A DNA stretch of 55,056 bases from Patescibacteria group bacterium. GTDB lineage: Bacteria > Patescibacteriota > Minisyncoccia > Phycocordibacterales > PALSA-1337. The position numbers and the translations under genes were made by a program. Below the pieces are notes generated by a model that was not told where the DNA came from, did no database searches, and saw only the letters and a program-made list of their open reading frames with translations. Positions 18,053 to 27,200 of this stretch are shown piece by piece. The stretch lies in assembly GCA_040384285.1 (NCBI GenBank), contig JAZKJN010000002.1, positions 130,640 through 185,695 of the forward strand, written 5' to 3'. Positions within the stretch are counted from its first letter, which is position 1. Each line of letters opens with the position of its first letter.

Positions 18053-18228
18053 CTGTCCGCAAAAGAATATCGCCGGGCTTCGCACCCGGCGGCTGTGACT
18101 TGGCTTCCTGCCATGGAGTCGGTTGCCGCGCTAAAAAACGCTATTTTGAGGCATGATTCCCCCCGTTTGGACTAATCGATTGCGTCGACAATTCGACTCA
18201 GGCGAGGATGAATTTCACCATTACGCTC

Positions 18229-19221
18229 CTAGTCAGTTTCGATGTTGCAGATGAGGTTGTGAATTGTTGCTTCACCCGATTGACCGTCGAAAGCGCTCCC
18301 GAGAACCAATTCGAGTTGCAAACGACTCGCACCTTTTGAAGCAGTTCCGTTTTTAGGCGGAATAAATTTGATTGTCGCCGTGGTGGAGTCCGAGGGTTTT
18401 ATCTCAGTTGCTTTTACAAAAAAACCATGTTGCCCGTGATCAGTCTCAACTCCTCTGACCAAGCTGTAATCGCTCCGAAACTCCGCTCCGTTGGCGTCAG
18501 TGATCGTTCCTCTCAAACCACTTTGAGAATCCAATCTCACTGCGACCCAAATACTTTTCTTCTGATTTTGATTCGCGAAGTTCAAGGCGAGCGAAAAATC
18601 GGTTTCGTTTACGATCCGCAGTGATTTCACCTCCACACGCAAGTCTCCAAACGTCTTTGCGAATTTGACTTTTTGCGCGCCTACGTCGGCGTCCTTCACT
18701 TCGCTTGCCGGTTTCGCCAAAAGTTGCTGCGCGGGCAAATCAGCTTTGAATTTGATTCGTGCTGCACCGGCTATCACCGCCGTATCCGTCGCAATGATTT
18801 TGGCGGTAATTTCTACGGACTGGTCCATGGAAACAATAGTTCCCAGAATGAGTGCATCAACGCCTGCGAATTGCCCAAGCTTTTTGGCGTTTTCCGGTGC
18901 CACGAGTCCGGTCGCGGTGAGTTTGTGCTCTGCCAGAATACTTTTGAGGTTAGCTCGGTCGAGAACGGAGTAGTTGGTCTGTTGAAGCACGAGGTTCACG
19001 GTGATTTGCTCGGCCAAGTATCTGCCAAGCTCGCTTGAGTTGCCCTGCAAATCAGTGAAGTCGAGCACCGTCACCTTCTTCTTTCCCTGCTGGCTTACTT
19101 GGGATGCAAGCTTCGTCGTCAATTCGGCAAGTCCACTCTCCATGTTTGCCACCTGCGCCGATACGTTGGGGCAGACGAGCAGACACAAAATCAAGATCAA
19201 GGTGGTCCATTTTGTATTCAT
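18229..19221 (-). CDS. Exported FlgO/CsgG-like domain protein with a C-terminal beta-sandwich
   Basis: Signal peptide; KVTVLDFTDLQG...GRYLAEQI, VLDRANLKSILAEHKL, KKLGQFAGVDALILGTI. Confidence 0.75.
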   Translation of the reverse strand: MNTKWTTLILILCLLVCPNVSAQVANMESGLAELTTKLASQVSQQGKKKVTVLDFTDLQGNSSELGRYLAEQITVNLVLQQTNYSVLDRANLKSILAEHKLTATGLVAPENAKKLGQFAGVDALILGTIVSMDQSVEITAKIIATDTAVIAGAARIKFKADLPAQQLLAKPASEVKDADVGAQKVKFAKTFGDLRVEVKSLRIVNETDFSLALNFANQNQKKSIWVAVRLDSQSGLRGTITDANGAEFRSDYSLVRGVETDHGQHGFFVKATEIKPSDSTTATIKFIPPKNGTASKGASRLQLELVLGSAFDGQSGEATIHNLICNIETD

Positions 19222-19229
19222 GGGCGCGA

Positions 19230-20003
19230 TTAGGGAGTGATGGGTTCAGTCAAGGTGAAGAGCATGTTGGTTTCAGCTGCGATGGCTGCAATGAGTCGTT
19301 CTTCGGCCATGGCACGAGCTTGTGGTTCCTTAAATCCGGCTCCGCTGGCGCTGAACGTCCAGCTGTGGCTTACGGTCGAGCCGGTGATGGCCAGAGCTAC
19401 GATTTCAAGCTGCGCACTCGCGGTCATCACATTTTGTAAATCTGGATTGGTTGAAACTTGAACGCTGTGCCGAGCAAGAAGAACTTGGTCCAGCACGCCC
19501 GCAAGCTCCAGCCGGTCGAGGACGTTTTGCGAGCCGCTGAAGGCGTGCTCAAACATTCCATCCGAGACAAATTCCAAGGTGAACACCCCGGTCAACACAC
19601 TCACTTTCTTGGGGCGAAGGTGATTTGAAATCGCAGTCGCGAGCGCACCATTGAGAATCTTGGCGTCAGTCGCAACGACAACACCAATCGTTGTACCTGA
19701 TTTCGGCGGAAGGTTTGGTCTCACGTATCGCGTCAAGAAAGCCCTGCGCGTCGCTGCGGGGTCTTCGAGCACGGGCTTCACGCTGGGCTTGCTTCCAAGA
19801 AGTTGTTCCCACTCCTTGCGTCGTGATTCCGATTCAGCCCTGGGTCGGGATTCTTGCTCGTTCACGACAACGCGTCGGGGCGCTCTTTCTTCAGACGTCA
19901 CCTGTTGCTGCCGAAACGCGGTCACGCCGGATTTAATGATTAACGCAACGACAAGGAGGCTGCCGACGAACATGAGTGATTTCCATTTTTCAACGGGCTT
20001 CAT
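19230..20003 (-). CDS. Membrane-anchored hypothetical protein, co-transcribed with the FlgO-like gene
   Basis: N-terminal TM; 8-nt gap to the downstream gene. Confidence 0.7.
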   Translation of the reverse strand: MKPVEKWKSLMFVGSLLVVALIIKSGVTAFRQQQVTSEERAPRRVVVNEQESRPRAESESRRKEWEQLLGSKPSVKPVLEDPAATRRAFLTRYVRPNLPPKSGTTIGVVVATDAKILNGALATAISNHLRPKKVSVLTGVFTLEFVSDGMFEHAFSGSQNVLDRLELAGVLDQVLLARHSVQVSTNPDLQNVMTASAQLEIVALAITGSTVSHSWTFSASGAGFKEPQARAMAEERLIAAIAAETNMLFTLTEPITP

Positions 20004-20246
20004 GGGGCCAATGTGCGTGTGTGCTGAGAAAATTTGCCAATGTGCGATTTTCAGGCAAGCACAAATCGTTATGCACAGGACAGCGCGCGCAGGAGTGCGC
20101 TATAATTGATTTGCCTCATTTTTTCCGGACAAGCCTCTATTACCATGCCGGCTCGTAACACGTTTGCCGGCATTCCATTTTGAATATGTTTTTCAAGGTG
20201 CATGTTCTTTCTGGCGGGGTTTCTCGTGGAGTAGGGGCTTGTCTGG

Positions 20247-21512
20247 ATGGAATTTGAAAACGACTACATTACTTTCGGTAATCGACACCAATGGGGGGCA
20301 GAAGTCCCCTGGGGGCTAGATGCGCACTCGCGCCGCCAGCATACCTACATCGTCGGCCAGACCGGCACCGGCAAATCAACTTTGCTTCGCAATCTCATTC
20401 TTCAGGACATTGAGCAAGGTCACGGGGTCGGCCTCATCGACCCGCACGGAGACCTGGCTCAAGACATACTCGACCACATTCCGCCGTGGCGAACGGACGA
20501 CGTGGTGTATCTCGATCCCACGTCAGATGCTCCGGTGGGGATAAACTTGTTTCGTGCGACCGGACAGGATTGGCATCTCGTGGCGGCCGGTATCGTTTCC
20601 GCTTTCAAAAAGATCTGGGGTGATTCCTGGGGGCCGCGTCTCGAATACATCTTGTTCGCCACGCTTGCGGCACTCATCCAGTGTGAAAACACGAGCCTCT
20701 TGGGAGTTTCCCGAATGCTTTACGACGCCCGCTATCGCTCGTGGGTCGTTCGACAGATTAAAGACCCGATGGTGCTGTCGTTCTGGGTGAATGAATTTGA
20801 AAGCTACGAGCGACGCTTCATGCAGGAGGTCGTGTCTCCGGTTCAGAACAAAGTGGGACAGCTTCTTCTGTCGCCGCCCTTGCGTCATGTGTTGGGACAG
20901 GTGGGAACGAAAATCGACTTTCGTTTCATGATGGATCGCCGTCGTATCTTCATCGCAAATCTTCGGAAGGGCCAGTTGGGCGAGACGCACAGCAGCCTTC
21001 TTGGTTCTCTTTTGGTTACGGCCTTTGAAATCGCCGCCCTTTCTCGTTCGGATTTGCCCCCAGAGAAGCGGCAAGATTTCCACCTCTACGTTGATGAGTT
21101 CCAAAACTGCGCAACCGAATCTTTCGGAAGCATTCTTTCTGAGGCCCGCAAGTATCGACTCTGCCTAACTTTGGCGCATCAATACACCGGGCAGCTAAGC
21201 GAGGAAACCAGCAAAGCGGTTTTCGGTAACGTGGGAACCTTGATTTCATTTCGTGTCGGCGAAGCGGACGCCTCGATGCTTGAACGGCAGTTCGGCGGTG
21301 GGTATGCTCGCGCACAATTCACGGGGCTGGAAAACTTTGAAGTATGCGCTCGATTGCTCAACCGAGAGCCGTTCCTAGGCAGGTCTTTGCCGCCGGTTTT
21401 GTCCACGCGAAACCGACGCAAGATCATCCAAAAGCGTTCGCGTCAGAAGTACGGAACGCGGCGCACTCTGGTGGAAGAGAAAATCGAAAAGTGGCTCCGC
21501 AAACGTCATTGA
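20247..21512 (+). CDS. VirD4/TraD-like coupling ATPase (HerA/FtsK superfamily), copy 1
   Basis: HTYIVGQTGTGKS, LIDPHGDLA, LYVDEFQN, LSEARKYRLCLTLAHQY, FGNVGTLISFRV. Confidence 0.9.
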   Translation: MEFENDYITFGNRHQWGAEVPWGLDAHSRRQHTYIVGQTGTGKSTLLRNLILQDIEQGHGVGLIDPHGDLAQDILDHIPPWRTDDVVYLDPTSDAPVGINLFRATGQDWHLVAAGIVSAFKKIWGDSWGPRLEYILFATLAALIQCENTSLLGVSRMLYDARYRSWVVRQIKDPMVLSFWVNEFESYERRFMQEVVSPVQNKVGQLLLSPPLRHVLGQVGTKIDFRFMMDRRRIFIANLRKGQLGETHSSLLGSLLVTAFEIAALSRSDLPPEKRQDFHLYVDEFQNCATESFGSILSEARKYRLCLTLAHQYTGQLSEETSKAVFGNVGTLISFRVGEADASMLERQFGGGYARAQFTGLENFEVCARLLNREPFLGRSLPPVLSTRNRRKIIQKRSRQKYGTRRTLVEEKIEKWLRKRH

Positions 21513-21519
21513 GATTCGC

Positions 21520-22254
21520 ATGACCATTCCACCATTAAATGCTCGGCTGTTTTTCAGCGTCCGCACCCTCATCAATTGCGCCATCATCGGCGCAATCTTC
21601 ATTCCACTAACCGTGCTCTTTCATGGAGTTATTGGTGGCTGGATTGCGACCTTGCTGCTCATCGGCGCCCTCTACTTCCTTTTCTTTAATGTGTTGCAGA
21701 AGTTGCCAGTCACAATTGACTGTCCGCACTGCCGCGAGAACCTCGTTACGAACACACCCTGGGTGTGCGGGGAGTGTGGCAAAACAAACCGGGATGTTGA
21801 CGCCTTTCCTTTTGTCCACCGGTGCTCGCACTGCTCTGCCGAACCAAAGGCTTACCGGTGCCATCATTGCACCGAACTCATTTTTCTCGGAAGCGACCAT
21901 CGGAAACAGAATTTTGCATACTCGCTCGACAATCGGCCTCCTGACCAAACACCGCCGGCTGAGGACGACAGCGTGAAGCAGCGCAAGGCGCGAGAAGCGC
22001 TCATCCACGAGATCAAAATGGCTGAACTGGCCTTCCAGCTTGAAGAAAACAAGCAACGCGCTGAATTCGGAAAGAAGAAAACTCCAGTCGAAGAAATCGA
22101 AATGAGCTTCTCAAAGTTTTACGCGCGTGCCATGGGCTCTCAGGAATTCGCACAGCGCAAACGCGCGGAGGCCGACGAAACTTACAAAGATCAGCCTGAC
22201 TTCCGGAAGCGTGCTCACGAGACGATTGATAACTGGCTTCGAGAGCGGGCCTGA
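21520..22254 (+). CDS. Two-TM protein with multiple CxxC zinc knuckles
   Basis: Two hydrophobic segments then CPHC, CGEC, CSHC, CHHC; directly follows the VirD4-like gene. Confidence 0.75.
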   Translation: MTIPPLNARLFFSVRTLINCAIIGAIFIPLTVLFHGVIGGWIATLLLIGALYFLFFNVLQKLPVTIDCPHCRENLVTNTPWVCGECGKTNRDVDAFPFVHRCSHCSAEPKAYRCHHCTELIFLGSDHRKQNFAYSLDNRPPDQTPPAEDDSVKQRKAREALIHEIKMAELAFQLEENKQRAEFGKKKTPVEEIEMSFSKFYARAMGSQEFAQRKRAEADETYKDQPDFRKRAHETIDNWLRERA

Positions 22255-22406
22255 TTTCCGCAGTGCTCACTTAGTAATTATCTGACATCGGCTATTTCTC
22301 GGGCGCGTTCGCGGTGCGAGCAGTTTTCCGCAAGACAACTTTCTGTTAAAATGAAGCCGGAACAGTTCGTTCCTTAACTTCAACTTCAACCCACAGGAGA
22401 TCAGCA

Positions 22407-22706
22407 ATGGAAACTCAGCTTCGACCTGTCACAAGGTCATTGGCAAAATTTTGCCCCGGAGAGATCGTGGCTACGCCCAACGCCCTCGCGCAAATTCCTC
22501 ACGACGAAATTCTGCATTCGCTCGGTCACCATGTTCAAGGTGACTGGGGCCAATTGGATACGGAAGATTTGCAGTCAAACGAGCGTGCTTTGAAACAAGG
22601 AGGTCGCTTGTTCTCGCAATACTTCTCGGTTCAAAGAATCAAATTCTGGATCATTACCGAAGCGGACCGCTCGGTCACGACAGTGCTACTCCCGGAGGAC
22701 TACTGA
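22407..22706 (+). CDS. Small plasmid/ICE-associated conserved protein (HxxGDWG...IITEADRSxTTxLLPxxY type)
   Basis: Motif as stated; GGAG RBS; overlaps the primase start (TGATG). Confidence 0.8.
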   Translation: METQLRPVTRSLAKFCPGEIVATPNALAQIPHDEILHSLGHHVQGDWGQLDTEDLQSNERALKQGGRLFSQYFSVQRIKFWIITEADRSVTTVLLPEDY

Positions 22707-23719
22707 TGAGCATTTGGATCGACTTCAAAGAACTGCGCTCAAAGCTCAGTTTCGAGCAAGTGCTTCAGCACTACAAAGTGGAGCTCAAAACCAAGGGTTC
22801 ACAGCATCATGGGTTCTGCCCACTCCCGAATCACGAGGGGAAGAAAAACTCACCGTCATTCTCGGCGAGCTTGGAAAAGAAAATCTTCCAATGCTTTGGC
22901 TGCGGAGCAAAGGGCAACATACTCGACTTCGCCGTCCTCATGGAAGGTGGCAAGCCTGGCGACGGTGACAAATTGAGAAACGTGGCGGTGGCGCTTCGAC
23001 AACGGTTTGGACTGGAGAAAAATACTAAGTCCTCACCATCAAAAGAAGCCATGACTGCCCTGCCTGCTAAAAAGGCGGGCACCGTTCTTGTGAATGCCAA
23101 ACTTGATTTCGAGTTAAAGACGCTCGACTTCGATCATCCGTACTTACGAAGTCGTGGCTTTACCGATGAAACCATTCATCACTTTGGCCTTGGCTATTGC
23201 TCGAAGGGGTTTCTTCAAGGACGCGTTGCTGTGCCCTTGCACGACCAACTCGGACGATTGGTAGGCTATGCAGGACGAATCGTCGATGATTCAATCATCG
23301 ACGAAGATAACCCTCGCTACAAGTTTCCCGGACAGCGAGAGCACAAGGGGATTACTTACGAGTTTCGGAAATCGGAATTTCTGTACGGCGGCTACCGCAT
23401 CAAAGAGCCTGTCGATGACCTCGTGGTTGTCGAAGGATTCCCTTCGGTATGGTGGTTTCATCAACTCACGATTCCAAACTGCGTGGGGCTCATGGGGTGG
23501 AGTTGTAGCGAAGCCCAGGCGAAACTCATCATTGGGCACACGAAACCAAACGGCCGCGTCTGGCTGCTGTCCGATGGTGATGACGCTGGAATTCGTTGTG
23601 CCGAAAGCTTTTCTCGACTGGTGGCTCGGGATCGATTTATTCGATGGATAAAGCTTCACCAAGGCAAGCAGCCGACAGATTACCAAGAGGCGCAATTGCG
23701 GAATTGTTTGAACCAGTAG
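22706..23719 (+). CDS. DnaG-like primase: CHC2 zinc finger + Toprim
   Basis: CPLPNH...FQCFGCG; YLRSRGF; VVVEGF and DGDDAG Toprim motifs. Confidence 0.9.
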   Translation: MSIWIDFKELRSKLSFEQVLQHYKVELKTKGSQHHGFCPLPNHEGKKNSPSFSASLEKKIFQCFGCGAKGNILDFAVLMEGGKPGDGDKLRNVAVALRQRFGLEKNTKSSPSKEAMTALPAKKAGTVLVNAKLDFELKTLDFDHPYLRSRGFTDETIHHFGLGYCSKGFLQGRVAVPLHDQLGRLVGYAGRIVDDSIIDEDNPRYKFPGQREHKGITYEFRKSEFLYGGYRIKEPVDDLVVVEGFPSVWWFHQLTIPNCVGLMGWSCSEAQAKLIIGHTKPNGRVWLLSDGDDAGIRCAESFSRLVARDRFIRWIKLHQGKQPTDYQEAQLRNCLNQ

Positions 23720-23734
23720 AACACAGTACCTTAC

Positions 23735-23764
23735 ATCGCGGCGCGTGGGCGTCGCGATTTTAAT
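23735..23764 (+). terminator. Probable intrinsic terminator after the primase
   Basis: ATCGCGGCGC-gtgg-GCGTCGCGAT followed by TTTAATT. Confidence 0.6.
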
Positions 23765-23878
23765 TATCACGAAATCTAATCTTACAATAATCCTCGCAGA
23801 TTCATGAAAGATCGGCGCCTAGTTGGATTAACAAATCACCCCCGGCCTCTGGATAAGGTAGCTGTGGTGGGTACACGG

Positions 23879-24220
23879 TCACTTCACGTTATCGGAACAT
23901 TTACGGGGAAAAATAAAAAAAGAAATCATAAAAATAGCCAGAACACATTGAATCCAATGCATTAAACTCGGCATAACGAAGGCTAGATAGAATGAGCTGC
24001 TTAGAACTGCGCCGGTGCCACACATTGCGAGGGCTAACCGTTTTCGGGTACTCGTTCTTTTGGATAGCAAAGGCTCTATCGCGCACAACACGGAGCCAAA
24101 GGGGGGTAGCAAATAGAGAAGCATCGGCGCGGCTGGATCCTTCCAAAATAAGAATAATACGGCGAGTAATAGCCACCCTGCGCTTTCGACGAGCATATAA
24201 TATTTAGTTTTTTCTATCAT
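23879..24220 (-). CDS. Putative RHS immunity protein (113 aa, ~4 TM)
   Basis: ATG at 24220 overlaps the RHS stop (ATGA); strongly hydrophobic; AT-richer than the RHS core. Confidence 0.75.
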   Translation of the reverse strand: MIEKTKYYMLVESAGWLLLAVLFLFWKDPAAPMLLYLLPPFGSVLCAIEPLLSKRTSTRKRLALAMCGTGAVLSSSFYLAFVMPSLMHWIQCVLAIFMISFFIFPRKCSDNVK

Positions 24221-27200
24221 GGAGAACACCGTGTAGGGTTGCAACGTCCATGCGCTGTTGAGCATCTGCCCATGGCTGTACCTAAATCTTCCGCAATACT
24301 CCAAAACTCTTTAATACCACACATTGTTATTGCCGCTAAAGCTGCCCATTTGCAAGCAACCGGATTTCTTGTCGTTCTACATACTTTTATCGCCACAAAG
24401 ACTTCCGCAGCGCAGAATCTTGTGTCTGGCTTGCAGGGGTTGTGTATACAGCCGAACTCTTCGAGAACGCATGAGTCAAAATGCATTTCGGTTTGCCGTT
24501 GACTACCAGCTGGACATGGCGCGGGGGGGCCTGATTCCGGCCATTCATCGTCTGCAAATAGTCCATAAGGGTCGATGCTGTGTACGGGCCTATTCTTTAC
24601 AAAACCGTAAAGATTTAACCCACCCTTCTCCTCTATTGGATCTCTATTTATCCACCGCTGCAAACTCGGCTCATAGTAGCGATAGAAGTAGTGCGCCAAC
24701 CCACTCGGTTCGTGGACTTCTTTGCTGGAAAATCGGTAAGTGTTGGCTTCAGCGAGGGGACCGTTCATGGCGATGAGTCGCCCGAAAGGCTCATAGAGAT
24801 AACGTCCAGCTACTTGTTGGTTCGTGCCCACTAGCGATGTCACGTTTCCAACCATGTCGGCATGATAGAAAACGGTCGAAAGTGATGAAGTAATTGTCGA
24901 ATGTTCACTACGAGCCAACATCCCTCCGATGCCGCCAGCGCCCTGCCAGCTGCCACTGAGGTCCGGCCCGCGCGTGTAGGTGACAGTGCGCTGCGGAAAA
25001 CTCGTCGGCACAGCTCCCTCGAAATGCCGTTCTTGCACAACCAAGTTGACATCGTACAGGTAACGCACTTCAAGTGTCTGGTGCCACATCCCCGTCCAGG
25101 CATATTCCTTCCGCACTCGTCGACGCTTTTTACCGTCGTAGACAAACTCGCTCTTGGTCTGGTTGGTCACTACCACTTGGGTCAACTGGTTCTCATCGTC
25201 GTAGGTGAAATGCTTGCGCCCGCCGCGGACCATGTTGCCATTCAAATCGTAGTCGTAGCCGGGGGCATCATCAAGGAAAAGTGTGATGCTATGGGTGTCA
25301 ACCCTTCCCAGCGCGTCCTGAGCAGTAGCGCTGAAGGCATTTATAGAGCCCCCGGACCAGTTCTCGCGGCGGGCAAAGGAATGGTCGGCATACAAGTCCG
25401 CTAAGTTTCCATTGACGCTCACACTGGTTGGCGTGCCCAAAATCATGCCTGCCACCGTCAGGTCACCACCAGTGCCGTTTTCCGTGACTTGATTCAAGCT
25501 GTTGTTGTCGAACGTTTGCTCCATGGCACCATTAGTCTTAATGTGCAAACTACCTGCTGTATCGTATCGGTAACCGAACTGTTCGTGCAAGCGATCTGTG
25601 CCTCCACTTTCTTTTGCTGTCGCGCGCGTCAATTGTCCAGCGGGGTCGTAGAGGTAGCTTATCCGGTCACCCGACTGACGCAACAAATTGGTGCGCTGTC
25701 CGCTCAAGCTAAAAAGATACTCTTGCGAATCCAGCATCGTGCCGCCACTTTGGCGATAAGCGGACATCAGGGTGCGCCCGACGGCATCAAACCGGTTAGA
25801 AATGCTCATCCCACCCGGGAGAGCCAGGTTCGTGAACAGATGGCCTGCCCGCCAATGGTTGTAGGTGTAAATGCCTTCTGAAGCGGTCAGCAATTTCGGG
25901 CGCTTGCCGGGGTCATAACCGTACGACTGCTGCCAGGAAGGGACCATGAGGGCGCCAGCCACCGTCATGCTGCTGCGCAACTGGTTTGTGTAGCCGTAAC
26001 TGACGGCGTCATTGCTCCAGGGCCCGTCTTCTCCGGCCAGTAATCCAACGCTGGTATAGTTGAAGGCGGTGGTTCCAAGGGCGTCCACCATGTTGGTCAG
26101 CCGGTCAACGGCGTCGTAGGCGAAGTGCAGGTCGGTGCTAAGGTTGTAATCCACGACAGTGAGGTTGCCTACGGCGTCGTAGCCGTAATAAGTGTTTTGC
26201 TTGGCAGGCGTCCAGCGATTGGTCAAACGCCCGTCCGCGTCATAGCGATAAACAAAAATCACGTTGTTGGCCGCGTCAATTTTGTTGGTCACCCGCCCAT
26301 ATTCGTCGTAGCCCCACTGGGTCACGGAAGCCCGAGCGTCGGTGAGGCTGACCAGGTCGCTCGCAGCGTTGTACGCAAAATGCACAATTTCGTTGTTGGC
26401 GTTGGTTTCCCGCAGCTTTCTTCCCGCCACGTCGTAAGCGTATCCAGTGACATGATCCAATTGGTTGGTGTGCAGAAGCCGACCTGTAGGTTGGTGGTAA
26501 AAGCGTTCCACGCCACCGTCCGCGTGCGTGCGGCGGACCATACGGTCCAAGGCGTCATAGCTCATCGCAATTACGACGCCATTAGCGTCAACCGAGTTCG
26601 TCACGCGATCCTGGTGGTCGTAATGAGTGGCATAGAGTCTCCCGATGCCATTGGAAGTTGTAGTGAGCATGCCTTGGACGTTGTACCAGTTCGTCACGCT
26701 TGTACCGGCACTGTCGATGACGTTGGTCAGTCGTCCGGCGCGGTCGTATCGGTTAGTGGTCCAACTCAAGTCCGGAAACTCCGTGGCCACCCGTCGCCCG
26801 GCCTTGTCGTAATAAAAATAGGTGGTGTTGTTGAGCGCATCTGTCGTGGAATCCAGAGCACCGCAGGCGCAGTAGTTATAAAGCGTGACATGACCCCGAG
26901 CGTTGGTCACAGAAGTTTGCTGCTGCACCGAGTCGTAGCCAAACGAAGTCCAATCGCCCATGCGGTCACGCGTGGCGGCGAGGTTCAGGCGGCTATAAGC
27001 ATTGGAGACGTAGGTGCCATCGGGATAAAGCTTCGCCGTGAGGCGCTGTAGGCCGTCGTAGAAATTTGTCGTCGTCAGGTTCCGTTCGTCGGTATGGGTG
27101 AAAACTAAACCCTTGGAGTAAGTGAAGGAATTAGTGCGGCTGATCTCGAGATCAATCATCTTGGCGAGCCTCCCGTCTCCATCGTAAATATTGGTGATGG

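Noticed and set aside
18071-18091. GCGAAGC extra-stable ssDNA mini-hairpin (also near 50790) as a single-strand origin signal
   Set aside because: More simply explained as GNRA (GCGA) tetraloops of RNA stems or terminators.
19995-20030. Recurring CACACGCAC-like strings before several start codons (also near 51320 and 51554)
   Set aside because: Short and low-complexity; consistent with A/C-rich SD-less initiation regions and not shown to exceed chance.
26125-27051. 308-aa + strand ORF and similar ORFs opposite the RHS and beta-helix genes
   Set aside because: Antisense to clearly coding RHS repeats; low-complexity Val/Arg-rich translations.
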